Below are positions 37,557 through 50,710 of a DNA stretch of 64,000 bases, in pieces. The DNA is from Vicugna vicugna (Eukaryota), in assembly GCA_013265495.1 (NCBI GenBank), contig MU058636.1, positions 4,251,741 to 4,315,740 on the forward strand, read 5' to 3'. Position numbers and translations under genes: made by a program. Under the pieces are notes generated by a model. That model was not told the origin of the DNA, made no database searches, and saw only the letters and a list, made by a program, of their open reading frames with translations. The first letter of the stretch is position 1. Every line of letters starts with the position of its first letter.

Positions 37557-40551
37557 AACCTTTTTCTTTACTGAGAAGTGTAAAACAGTCAATTTATCAG
37601 TTTACTCCTGGATTACATAAATCCTAAGATTCCTTTTGGCAAAAAAATTTAAATTCTTTTATTGAACTAAAACCATTGGAATCTAAATGTATTTGAGTTC
37701 CAAGTTGTATTATTTACATGAGGGAAACAGCTAAAAAAAAAGAAAACGAAGAAGAACAAGGTGATGAGAGGTGGAAAGAAACACGCAGAGAGAGATTGAT
37801 GAAAGTCCCCCATTTACACAATCAGCAGATGTTTATTGAGTCTCCCATGTGCCTGGATCAATGATAAAATGAAGAAGGGGAGGAAGAAGGAAGGAATGAA
37901 AAAGCAAAAGCAAAAAACCAAAGGGAGAAGCCATGTGGTTTCTGAGTCAGAGGGAGCGCAGGGTTAACTGCTGTTCTCTGAGGCGGTGCCATCGGAGGTG
38001 CCGTACCTGCAAGCGGAACCGTCTGTCCTCCAACATTTTGTTGAGTTGAAATCTGCAGTTCATAGTTCTCCCAAAGCGTCATCAAACATTTGCAGACTCT
38101 TCTGGAAATGGAATAATCCCGGCAACAAAATTGCCCCGAGGGCTGCAGAAGCTCTTGTCAGGCCCACACTCACATCAGGGATATTTGCCAGGATTCAGAT
38201 GAACTAGCTTAGGGCCAGATTTGACCCGTGGGCTGGAGAGATGCCAAATCTGGAGTGATCCAATATGGTTTTCCAACACATATTACGTGGTATGTGATTA
38301 TGTCCTGAGATCAAATTTTCGTGTAGTGAGAAATGATCATAAGCGAAAGTTACGTATTTATGGGATGCCAACTTATTTATACTCCTAGAAGATACATTAA
38401 ATGAAAAGTGTTCAGTTATTCAGTATAATTGAATATATAATTATTCAGATATGTAATTGGTGTCTGTTATAAAATCCAACAGATTCAATTTACAAAAATT
38501 AGTTATTAAATGGTTTTTAAACTAAAGAACTAGTTCAACATATGCTAAAGACATACTCTGCACGCTTAACAGATTCTCAGTGTGTGTTTCAGCAAATGAG
38601 TTTTTCAGGTTTATTCAGTGATCAGGCTTTCTGAGTTGTTAACATTGTTTTGCTCTTTTCAATTTCTTCAGACCCAAATAATTCCTCTTTGTCCCCTCCC
38701 CTCCCTACCCCTCACCTCTTCCCTCCCCCCATATATATATCCGCCATTTCTTTAGTTTTCCATTAACAATAGCTTCCAAAAAGGACAGAAAACATGTCTG
38801 GGGACACAGACCAAAGAATGATGAAGCATATCCTGCTTTAACATATTGGAGAGTTTTATAAGGCTGCAACTTTCTAATTTAGCAGTTGTGTTTAGTAAAC
38901 TCTACATTATTTATCATTTAGACTTTTAAGCTCAAACGAGGGGAAAATTGTGTGGATTTTAAAAATATTTTTCTTTGAGTTTATTTGCATTTATTTTACT
39001 GCAAATGTAAAATCTTTATATAAATTATTTTTAATGATTTGCTGTATTGTGAAGTATGGTTTTCCTGATGTTTGAGGGCCAGTTATTTTCTAGAGAAAGA
39101 TATATTTGGTTTTACAATGAAAATCAATGAGTCTTACTGACTCAATGGAAAGGAATTTATTTTACAGATACTATTGTCAAAAATGCAACTATTTCAAGAT
39201 TCTGTTATTCATTAAAAATTTGAAGTTTTGGCAAGACTTTTGGGCCTTTCCCATGAAAATTCTATAATGTGGGATTTCTGTAATAAAATAGAACCCAGCT
39301 AGTGGCCCTTCGTTTGCCTCTTTAAAGTAGTCGTGAAACCAAAAACAAGGTACAAAGTTGCTGCACCAGTAGAAGCTAGACAGATGGGTCAGCATTGATG
39401 AGAAGAGTTTCATTCTCTGAAGTGCAGATGGGGCCCTCAGGGAGAAGGGGGGGAGTCAGGCAGAGAAACACGGCACCTCACGTGTCTCTGTGATGTCCCC
39501 ACTTCACGGATACAGGGACTTTGCCGGGCAGCTGGGGACCTTCAGCCTCCTCGATCACAGAGTCTCTTTTCAAGTATACGAGCTCTTTAACAAAAAAAGG
39601 AAACCCTTCCCTCCTTAGAAAAGCTCTTTGTGCTTAATTTAGGAACTATAATTTCCAGTGATACAATACAGCCATGAGTAGAGGTGGAGGGAGTTGTTCA
39701 AGCAATATAATTCAGAAAATTATCCCTATGCATATGACAAGGACTGTGCTAAGAATTCAGGAAACAACAATGAAGCAGTCACAGCCTTTGCTATTGAATA
39801 TAGTGGGAAAATGAACACACACAAATTACAATATAAAAAGCATCATAAAAGAGATTTCCTAAGTCCTGGGAGCTAAGGAAGGGGGCTTTAAAGATTGCAA
39901 GTTGACCATTGCAACGTCCCTTCTCTCCTTCTTAGGAGCTTAGCCCTGCTTTTTAGTTTTCATGCTCCCACCTGGAATGAAAGACAACCTCTCCCATTCT
40001 CTGCTTGGCACGAATCTTTGTTGATATAGCAAAACTATTAACCAACTTTCCAGAATAATGTTATGTGAGAAAGAGTTAAATTTTTCTTTATGTGGAGGTT
40101 CAGCAGGTAAACCTAAATATGATACAAGAGCAAGTCAGATGAAAAGAAAAGGAAGAAAGTGCTGCTTGGAAGGTAAAAGCAAGAGTGGGGAAGACTCCTT
40201 AGAGCAGCACACTCTGCAGTTGCAGGGTTTCATACCCTACTGGTAGTAAAGGAAGACCTAAAATCACAGAGCAGCTGCTCGTCATTCTAACAGAGCCACA
40301 GTAAGTCAATGAAACCCTGGTCCCATAAATTTGATGCCTGGAAAGACCAGCGCATCAACCAGCATTCCAATAGGAAATGAGCTAACACAACGGTGAAGGT
40401 TCCCATGAGAAAGTACCAGTCGTAGTCTATGTAAATATGCAGTCACACCAATCAGGAGAGAGGCAATCAATGTCTCACTTCCCTTACAGTAAACTTCTCT
40501 TTGTACTCAAGTTCCCACTTCAGTTGATGGCAGCAATCTCACACTTGCCTG

Positions 40552-41136
40552 TTGTGGCAGACAGTCTCTAGAGTGACTCCCCCCAAACCGTGGTCTCTAC
40601 CTCCTGTGAACATGTCCTTGTAAAATCTCCTTTTGAGTGGGAGGTGGGATTTCTTTCCAACCGGTAGAATATGGAAAGTGATGGAGTATCACTCTATGAT
40701 GATGTTGTTTTAGGTAAGACTCTCTCTTGATAGCAAACTTGCTCTAGAGATTTTTTCCTTGCTGTCTTGATGAAGAGGCCATGGTGGGGACACTCACACA
40801 GTAAGGACCTGCAGGAGGTCTCTAGGAACTGGGGACAGTCTTTGAGTGCTGAAGTCCATCTCCAGAACAGCCGATGAGAGGCTTACTAAGAGATCCTTAG
40901 CTGTATAACTGCAAGGAAATAAATTCTGCCAACAACATGACTGACCTTGGAAGTAGATTCTTCCCCAGTTGAGCATCCAGATAATAAGACAGCCTAGCTG
41001 ACACCTTGATTACAGCCTTTGAGACAGACTTTGAGCAGTGGACCCAGCCTGCTGTGCCCAGACTCCTGATCCACAGAAACTGAGATAACAAATGTGTGTT
41101 TTAAGCTGCAAAGTTTGTGGTGGATAACTAATACAC
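40552..41136 (+). mobile_element. MLT1 (E/F/G-like) MaLR solo LTR
   Basis: Starts tgtggcagac; contains aaggaaataaattctgccaacaac; ends cagaaactgagataacaaatgtgtgttttaagctgc...taataca. Confidence 0.85.
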
Positions 41137-43954
41137 TAATTCAAGGTAGTGTGATCCTTTCTAGTTTAAAACATCCATTTTTTTCTTTTATTACCTTTGC
41201 ATTTTGCTTCATAGTTATAAAGTCTTTCCTTACACCGTGGTTAAAGAGGAACTCATCCATAGTGTCTTCTAGTGCTTGTGTGGTTTCGTCTTTTACCTTT
41301 AGATCTCTAAACCATTTGGAGTTTATTCTTATGTTCAGTGTGAGACATAGATCTGATTGTATCTTTTTCCAAATTGCTCTGCTATTTTCTGGTCTCTTTC
41401 TCTTTACCCTGTTCCATTTTTCATACTACTGCTTGAGCTGTCTTCTCCTACTCAATGGCCGCAAGTGGCTTTTTGTCACCTGCTGCTTCAAATCAAAGCC
41501 CTCCATAATACATATCATCTAGCGTTTTCAATCCATTACAAAAATCCTAGAATGCACCTAATTTTGCAGTCTTTTAGACTTAAATGTAAGAGCTAAAGTT
41601 TATGTAAATACGTACACAAAGTTGTTATATAAGCTATATATTTTTAAAATTTTTATTGTATGTAATCTATAACTCAATAAAGTTATTTAATATATACCCA
41701 TTATTATATATAGGGCATTTTTGTTTATACTGAGTATAATAAAAGAATGAATTAAAATTTCTTTTCTCCTAGAAACATGGTGTTTTATAAAGTACTCTGT
41801 TTGAACCATGACCTCATCTAGAAACCAAAGGGTCTGTTCTGGAAAAGTCTTATAAATCATATATCTCCATGTTATAAGACACACAGAATTGCATGTTACA
41901 TTTTAATTTTTCAGGAATATTCCTACATGTGTTTTATATCCACTAGAGGCTTTGTTGCTACATCTGGCAATAGTTATATAATTATAATTTTGAATAATCC
42001 TTAACATAGTTATCTTGAGAGTTTCAGATTTGTTTCTGAAAAACTTCAGCAACAGAAAGTTGAACAACAAAAAAATAAGAAAATGGCAGAACTCTGCTAC
42101 AGGGAAGTCAAAGTGGTCCCTCACTAAATATTTCCTGAGCACCAGCTCATGTAAATGTCATGGTAGTTTATGGTGATGGAAGCTTTGGTGTTCCTCAGAC
42201 ACCAGCAGCCAAGCTACTCCTGGGAAAACCGCTGTTGGTTGCTGAGCCATGGATTGTTGTTCTGTTAACAATATCTGTATATGATCCTACCTGATACGAT
42301 TGTGTGACTTCCTGAGTAACTTGTTATTAACTGTCTCGAATAGAGAAATAACACTACCAGATGTGAGATGAACAAAAGCTGTAATTATTATTAGTATATT
42401 CTTGGAAGGGAAGCTTTTTCACTCTCTGAGCTTTCCAGAGCAGAAAAGAAAAATACATGTATAATTCTGGAATTCCCCTTTTCTTCCATGGGCTTACTCT
42501 TAGGTATGGCTATGACATTCACAAACACCTCTTCTTTTCAGCCTATTTTTTTCATTGTTCTCCAGTGTACATGTTCACGTCGTAAGTATTTGTTATTAAT
42601 TGTTCTACTACTCATTTCCTTTCTCTTGGCATGTTTGCTTTTCAAATACTCTACTTTGATGATGTGTCCCCTTCCTCTCCCATCCTCCTATGTCATATTT
42701 TTATATATGTTAAATATGACTGAAAGTCATATTTAGAGAAGTCATCCTTAAATGCGTCTGCCTCAGGGACAGTTCTGTGATTTATTAGAGGATTTTACCC
42801 TTTTTCTAGCTCTATGCTTGGTCTTACTTAGACCATCAACCAGATTCTAAAGTTGGCTGCTATATTAGATCCGACAAAAGTAAAACTTTTCAATATTTTC
42901 ATGGAGTTTACTCTCATTCATTTTTTAGCTTTAAGTGCTTTAAGTATGCATTCTGAAATCCAGTACCATTGTATTGACAGGATCTAGCTAATTTTCTGCA
43001 TATGTGCTTGGAATATGCACATGTGCATACAATTACTTACCTAGTTTCACATACTACCCACGATATTGTCATTTTTCTTCTTAGCTCTTTTACTTTGGTT
43101 TACCCAAATGGAGGCTCTGTATGCTGGTCATATGGTAAACGTTCATTAGATAGTAATCTGAAAGTAGTTGTATGTAGCCCTTGTACCTTGAGCGCCTTAG
43201 AATTTTAATAACATAAGATTCTGATGAATATCTTCTTATATACATATAGCAACTAAATGATTTAAAATTTTTAATTGTAGCTTTTCAATCTCTTTATTTT
43301 AAAGTATTTCAGGTCATTATTTTACAAATGAGACTCCTTGTTTCCCATACCACACGTCTTCCATGAATTCTAACTTCTGTTTCCACCTGCTGGCTAGAGT
43401 TTGCTATCTGGATGTTCCTCACGTCCCTCAAGTTCAGCACATGAAGATACTCACTCAACATTGTCCTGATAAAACACTCTTGCTCCTGGGTCTACTACCC
43501 AGTGGCTCAGTCTGGAGATCTGAGAATCACTTGAGGCATCTCTCTCCCTTCCTCCCATTGCTTATCATATCCCTTCAATTCTACCTCCTAAATAGAGCTT
43601 AGATTTGTTCCTTCTCCTCCATTCCCTTTGCCTGGGTTCATGCCTTCCTGGACTACTGCAGTAGATCTAATCGGTCCTCCCGCCTTCAGGCTCTGTCCTC
43701 TCCAGCACACCCTCTACATGACGGCCAACACACTCTTCCTTCTATTTGATTAAAGCTTCTCAACAGCTTTCCCTTTTGAGCCACGTAAAATATACATTTC
43801 TTCCAATGGTTCCAAAAGCACTACCTAAGCTAGTCCCTGTTCCACAAAAGCACCTGGGATCCTCCCACAGCCCCCTTCACTCCAGCCCTCCATAACGCTA
43901 CACGGCCCCACTCTTCAACTTCAGTGTAGTTAAACTCGATTTGCTGAATAAGTA

Positions 43955-44586
43955 TGTTGCCTTAAGATCGGCCCTTGTCCCTGGCGAGCCGAATAATTCA
44001 GAGGCAGGGTCTTAGAGCTTAGAAGGAAAGAGGCAGCTTTACTGCTTTGCCGGGCAAAGGGGCCTCACAGTAGGGGCCTCAAAACTGTGAGCCCGTCTTG
44101 GGGTTGGGTCTTAGTGATTATACAGATGAACAGGTTGGCGCATGCAAGGTGATAACAACAGGTGAGAGCACAGAAGGCAGGAATAATCACAAGGGTCTCT
44201 GATGAAACTTCCTCCTAAATCTTGATGAGTCTGCCTGGTATCATGGGACCTCCCAGTGGTCTGGAAGGTCATCAGCCCACGATCTTCTCTGCTTGGTCAG
44301 ACTCATCCTGCGCTGCAGAGGAACTCTGGGGGGCCTGGTCATTCTCCTGAGGTTATCGTCCCATGACTCCCTTCCTGGGGAATGATTCAGATGCCAAACA
44401 TGATTGTAAATTTTAATTATCAGAGTAAGATAAAATCAAACAGTGGAATCAACAACTTTATCTTTAATAATAGGCCTGGGGCTGGGAGCAGGGTCTGATC
44501 AGTCAAGATTGTTCTAAAAGCAAGCAGTAAGCGTAAAGCCAAGAATTTGTTAGCCTAAGTGTGGTCATTTTATTACTTCTCCTTCA
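43955..44586 (-). mobile_element. ERV1-class solo LTR
   Basis: TG...CA termini with an exact 4-bp TSD AGTA (43951-43954 and 44587-44590); a 4-bp TSD is typical of ERV1. Orientation is inferred from the gcagctttactg poly(A)-signal-like site. Confidence 0.75.
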
Positions 44587-45524
44587 AGTACACAAATGAA
44601 GTGAAAATATCCACCATGAGTTATTAAAGAAGTTGCTCAAAGATAAACAGAAGATTATCTTCGCTATCCAGAGATTAATTGGTGTATTACTTACTTAGGG
44701 CCTTGCTTCTGCTCATTCTCCTATCTAAAACCAACATTTTGGGCACTTTTCTGGATAGTTCATTCAGATGTCGGAATGTAAAGTAATAGAGTGAAGAAAC
44801 AGTTCACAGATCAGTGTTCATACTCAAACAAAAGGCCAATAAGGAAACAGGAGAATAATGGCCGTTAAGAGCATTCAAGCTGGTTTGAGGGCTTCAGTGG
44901 GCTCTGCCAGGTTTGTGTCTTTATGACCCTATGAAATGAAGGGCTGGGGAAATGAATTCAAGAAGAGTTTAGATAAAAATGATTTGTGACTTTTCACTTT
45001 AAATCAGAGATCACTATCCAGCAGTATGCATGATTGTACTTTATAAATAAAGGTACATTCATTCAGGGTAAACTCAATATGCAGACTTGAAAATTAAAAC
45101 AATCACCAAATAGTGTTCTAATTTATTTTATGTTACCTGCAGCTTTAAAATTTAGGCACTCAGAGACCATGATACATATGTGCTAGAAAATGCACCTGTT
45201 TACAAAGTGCATCCTGAAGCTCAGTCATGTTACACAGAATTCCAGTAAAACAAAAGAATTTAGTAAATATTTGGGGACCGTTTGGTGAATAATGAAGGGA
45301 ACATCACTTCTGGAATTATTACCTGTATAATTTGCTCTAAGAAATTTGGGAATAGTATATAATGTAGAGGATATTGCAAAAGAAGAAAATTTCTTCAAAG
45401 AAAAATGGAATTTGTGCACTAATTTACTTAGTGTACGTAGCACATATCCCTCTAGCCCAGTGTCTTCAGGTCTTGTCCTAAAAAACTGAAGACTGGACCA
45501 GTGACTTCCAGATCTATCTGTCTG

Positions 45525-45890
45525 AGTCAGGTTTTCTGTGGCAACCAAAACAGCAACAATAAAATAAAAATCTCAATGACTTACAACAATAAGCATGCAT
45601 GCCTTGCTAATGGGTCTGTGAGTCATCTGTGACCCTTCGGGCTTGGCTGGTCTTGGCTTCAAGCATGCTGCTGTGACACTCATTCTGGCTAAGGAGCGGA
45701 GTAGCCGAGCCACACCACACAGGCGCTTTGAAAGCTCCTGCTGGAATGTGGCACGTGCTGCCTCTGGTCACATTTAATTGATCAAAATCAGTCCCACGAC
45801 CAAGGCAAAAGTCAGTGTGGCAGAGAAAAAATATACTACCGGTAAGAAGAACTGCCAAGTCACATGGCCAAAAGGGGGAGTGCACAATCG
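45525..45890 (-). mobile_element. MLT1J/K-like LTR
   Basis: aaaatctcaatgacttacaacaataag...ggtcacatttaattgatcaaaatcagtcccacgaccaag. Confidence 0.6.
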
Positions 45891-46259
45891 TTTTATCAAA
45901 TGTGGAATAACTGGAAATGCTAACCTAATGTACCGTAATATCTCTCATATGCTTTTTGAGTAACTGTCCTCTTTTTGGTCTGCCCATACATGTGTGGGCG
46001 TGATTCTCTCAGTTTCAGGTACAAGAGTCTGCTTTGCTTCTTCCCACCTTCAGCCTCACTTCAGTGTGTCTCAGCACCACTCTGAGCATAGCTGACATGA
46101 CTTCTTAACCTCTCATCTATCATATTCAAGACGGACAGAAAAAAAAAAAAAAGACGGACAGAGCACAGTTTTCACCTAAAGGTCTTCACGGCTCAGGTTG
46201 TTCCCTTCCCTGAAAGACCACTGAACTTCTTATCTGCAGCTTTCATTTGGGTTCTCAGC

Positions 46260-47480
46260 TTTTGAATATATCTTGTACTTGGCTTTATTTTATGCTCCCT
46301 TTAAAAGACAGTTTTCCTGGGTACCAGTTTTTGGTTGCCAGTCTCTTTCTCTCAGACGTTGGGTGCTCCTGCACTTCCTCTGCCGTCCATCACTGTTGTT
46401 GAGAAGTCTGCTTGCGTTTTGCTTTCCCTTTTGTACGTCATTGTTCTTTCTGGTTACTTTTTAAAGCCTTTTTTGTATATTTGACATTACCCAATTTCAA
46501 CACCAAATGTCCATCCCAATAAATGTGGATTTATTTTTATTTGCACTGCCAACTAGAAATTTGTTCTTCCAGTATCTGTAAATGTTAAATTTTACCATTT
46601 CTAGAAAATTCTCAGTCCTTGTCTCCCCAGATATTCTTCCTTAATTTGTTCTCACTGTTCTTTCCTTCTGGGACTCTAATTCGCTGTATGTTGAAACTTC
46701 TCATGCTTTCCTCCAAATCTTTTAACTTCTTTAATTTTGTTCATTCCCTGTTTATCCGTACTATCTTCTGGAAAATTTCTTCACCTCTTTATTCCATCTA
46801 CAACTTTTTTTTCTCAACTATGTCTAAACGACCACTTTTACCCATCCATTGAGTTCATAAGTGTCACAAATATATTGTTGATTTCCAAATATTCTCTTTG
46901 GTTCTTTTAATGGTTTCTAATTTCTACTCACTTTTGTGATTCCATGTGTTTGTTTCTTTAAACTTTCCATATTCCATAACCAATAATTTCAATATTTGAT
47001 GTTCTTCAGGTTCTAAATCCATTTCTTTTATTTCTGCTAAGTGTCACCTAAGTATGCTTGGTTGATCTTTGATAGTGAGCCAATATTTTGTTGATATAAA
47101 TCTGGGTAAACCCTAAGGATCTAAACTGAGGGTGTTTCCTACAGAGTTTGCCTTTCCCTTGCATGGTGCTAGAGAGAGTGCCTCCTTTGACTGTGCTCAG
47201 CTTAGTCCTCTGGGGAGGCTTAAGCCCTCAGGCCTTTCCACTGACCCAAGGCTTTGTCTGAAAGTTGGTCTAAACGTTGATACCCACGCTTATCTGTAGA
47301 AGAATCTTGCCTTTTATGTTTGTTTACTGTTCTCCATTGCTGTTTCAGCATTTTGTTTTTGTTTTGTCCTGTGTTTTTCCCTTAGACTTAATTCTTCTCG
47401 TTTTGGACACTTCAGAAATGCACTGAAAATTGTTTTATACAGGAGCTATTATTTTCAAGCAAGAAGGCTTTTCAGAGGAT
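46260..47480 (-). mobile_element. Old L1M fragment (ORF1 and 5' region)
   Basis: T-rich antisense L1 text (ttgttgagaagtctg, ctagaaaattctcagtc, ccttctgggactctaatt). Confidence 0.6.
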
Positions 47481-50479
47481 CTAATCTCCTATCCTGCCAG
47501 TAGTGATATCTCCCGTGATGTTTTTTACTCTGGGTTTATATCTATGCTCCTAATCACTCAGCTTGCTGAAAGGTGAAATTCCCAGATAAATGAAGCATGA
47601 CTTCAATTATTTTAAATGTAGAACATCAGAGTTGGAACACTTAACTGAGACCTCCCTTCTCAAAATGGACCCTAAACCAGGACTCGTTTGCTTAACTGAC
47701 ACACCATGCTGAGATCATGTGATTCAGTTAGGTTTGCTCTGCCTGCAGTGCAAATAAATCTGTTAACCCCTGCTGAAAAGGTTACTCAAAACATCAATCT
47801 TACTGAATGATAAGTTAATGATAAAATCTCATAAAGAAAGGCTAACATAATCACAAAAACTAAGCTGGTGGAGCTGAATAGCTAAGGTTTTACTATAACT
47901 TCCCTGCGGTAAGGAGACTCTTCAAGTGAACATCGCCACTGTTGGCCTGCTATCAGAGCTCAGGATTCTTCTATTTATTGTTCTATGATTTACCTTTTTG
48001 AGGAAAAATCTTATCTATTAATATAATTCCTTCATTGACTATCCTATGTCCTTTTTCCTCAAAACAGAAAGTGATTCTAAACAGCTAGTGAATCAGGTTT
48101 TGTGACTAAAAGACTAGGTAGACTGGAAATGAGAGGTGTTTACAAGCCTATACTGGCATTAAACAGAGTAGGTGGGTAGTAAATATCTTGATTGAAAACA
48201 CTGATTTGGCAAGAGAGTGAATTATAGCCTGTATGAAAAACAATCACACAATTCTGAAAGTGAGTTACTATCAGAGTTTTCTGACCATGTTTAAACAATG
48301 TTCCGAATTTCAGAACTTTATATGTAACAGTGGCTTCTAAGATGTGAAGAAAAGTTAGGAGAGAAGCTAAGAAAATGCCCCTAGTCCCCTCCCCCTCCCA
48401 CGGAAAGAGCCAATTAGTACCTTCAGTAAATAAATTCCCTTTAATTAGCCTGAATTACATTGAATTGTGCTATTTATTAAATACTACTTTTACATGAGCT
48501 GTATACTGTTACAGCCAAAAATATGACTGCTGCCCTCAGGAGACTGGAATGAAGGAATGAGTTGGTTCAGGCAAGGATCAATAAAATACACGGGTGCAAA
48601 TCTAAAGTTAATATCCAGGGATGAATCAGTTCGTACAAGTCTTCCTCTCAGCTCTGCATGAAGCACTCTCTGGAGCTTCCTTACCAACTGCGTCTCTAAG
48701 GAGAGAGTAAATTCGTTCACCCTTATTTCAACACATACATTATATCCTTGTGTACACTTCAGCCATTTGGATTTCAGTTCAAAAGGCTGAATACTCACAC
48801 TAGGTAAATCAACTTTAAAACATGTTACATGAAACATGTTTCAATACTTGCACTTTCTGCCTTTAGAAACTAATAATGAGTCTAAGATGTTCTTAACTAT
48901 TATTTATAATTATTGAGTTCTGAATTTTTTGTGTTAATATTTCAGAGATTAACTTTGAAAAGCTTAGCATAAAGTCATGATGATTCAACTTTTTAGCAAT
49001 TTAAATCTATTTCTAAGGCCTAATATTCACAAAGAAGTTGGAAGTAAGTTCTTTGAAATCTTGACATTTCTTCTTTCTCTAAAAATTACGTTTTCATGGA
49101 ATATATATTTAAACTTCAAATAGACTTGTGATGGGCAATTCATGGTATTTAATTGCACTTAAAAATTCGTGTTCAAAGTTTCAGTACCAGAACTGGTATC
49201 CATCATCCTGACAGCAGAACACAAAATGTAAGAAAAACCGGTTGCCCTGATTTTTCTTATGTGAACAAAGGCAGTTTTTTATTTAAAAAAACCTCGAGGT
49301 TAATGAAGAAAACAACGATACTTGAAATGTGAGAAAAAACTTTAATATATTTCTTTTCATCTTTTCCTTTATTCTCTTTGTTGCTCTCTCTCTTCGTTGG
49401 AACAATAAGATGAGAACACATCTAAATGTATCTGGAAAGAGTTTTGGAGGATTTAGCTCACTTCTTAAAAGAGAAAATAACTACATTATGTGATAAATAA
49501 AATATTTTCTATTTGAAATTCCCTTTGAATCTTTATTCTATCAAAGGCTGGAATGAAAGAAAGAACAATGAAAACCCCATCTCTTACATTTTGTGATGAC
49601 AATAACCAATCACTGCAGAATAGTTTTTCAGTGTTGTTACGACATGATTAATAACAACATATAAGAGGCTCTGTATCATTCACTTACAAAATCCTCTCTC
49701 CAAATCAGGACTACAGAATGTTTCACATGTCTACATAGACATGTATCAGAATTTCAGACAATGAAATTCTACAATGTCCTTTCATAGAACTCTTTATCCT
49801 TACCCTAGGATCAACTGAATCCTACAACCAAAGTCCTTTTCTGTAGTTAAACTTGCACTAACTATCCTGTTTTAAAAGCTGCTTTCAGGATGTAAGAACT
49901 GAATTATAATTAATATTTTCTAGTAAGTGTACAACATGGGATTAAAAGTAAAAATAAAATTATCCACTTTAAAAAAGGAATACGATTATAGAGAAAGTAA
50001 AGAAAGTTTAAAATGTTGTGTAAATGTTTTACAGTGAGTAACTGTTAAACACAGGGCCATATATTTTAGTTATTGCCATTTTTATGTATGTCATTTGAAA
50101 ACATTTAAGTACATTTGAATGAAAGTAGGTGTTCTTCATGTATTTGCCAGTGAGTAGCTTTTTGTCACTTGTTTATTGCATGAAAAATATGCTTGCAAAG
50201 AGTTTCATCACCTATTCAATGTAAATCTATACCCCTTCCTATTTGAGAACTTCTGTATACTGTACGTTTGGATTCAAAACAGAGCAAATTATACTACACA
50301 CTTTAAGGGGAAAAATTCTTTTAAGTGATTTAAAAAAAATGTTTCTTATCTAATAATACCAAAGTCTTATTTATGTCTCTCTGTACATACTCTAATGAAT
50401 TAATCACCAAGACTACAACTGTAGATTTAAAATAAAATGCAGCAAGAAAAGAACGAAAAAGATAGGCTGCATAGTGACA

Positions 50480-50667
50480 AAAGATCGTCTCCTCTCCTGC
50501 CAGTAAAGTTCTAGCTGTGAGCATGCTCAGACACAGGGGAGGCACCGAAGTTACTATATCAGAACTCCTTCTGAGGTATAAGGAGGATGTGTCTAATAAC
50601 TCAATTGCCGCGAACCCATTGTTATCTTTCTGGTATTAAGCATTTCTTCAGCCGCAGATTGAGTGCA
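50480..50667 (+). promoter_or_regulatory. RXFP2: RXFP2 proximal promoter and 5' UTR
   Basis: Immediately upstream of the coding exon. 50617-50667 resembles the human N-terminal extension (here KHFFSRRLSA; human KHLFSLRLIT as I recall it). TATAAG at 50577. Confidence 0.7.
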
Positions 50668-50710
50668 ATGTTCCTTCTACTTCATTTCATCCTTCTGATG
50701 GATGTCAAAG
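50668..50710 (+). CDS. RXFP2: Relaxin family peptide receptor 2 (INSL3 receptor, LGR8), coding exon 1 (signal peptide)
   Basis: ATG TTC CTT CTA CTT CAT TTC ATC CTT CTG ATG GAT GTC AAA G|gtaagg gives MFLLLHFILLMDVK plus a phase-1 donor. It matches human MFFLLHFIVLINVKD from memory. Confidence 0.9.
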
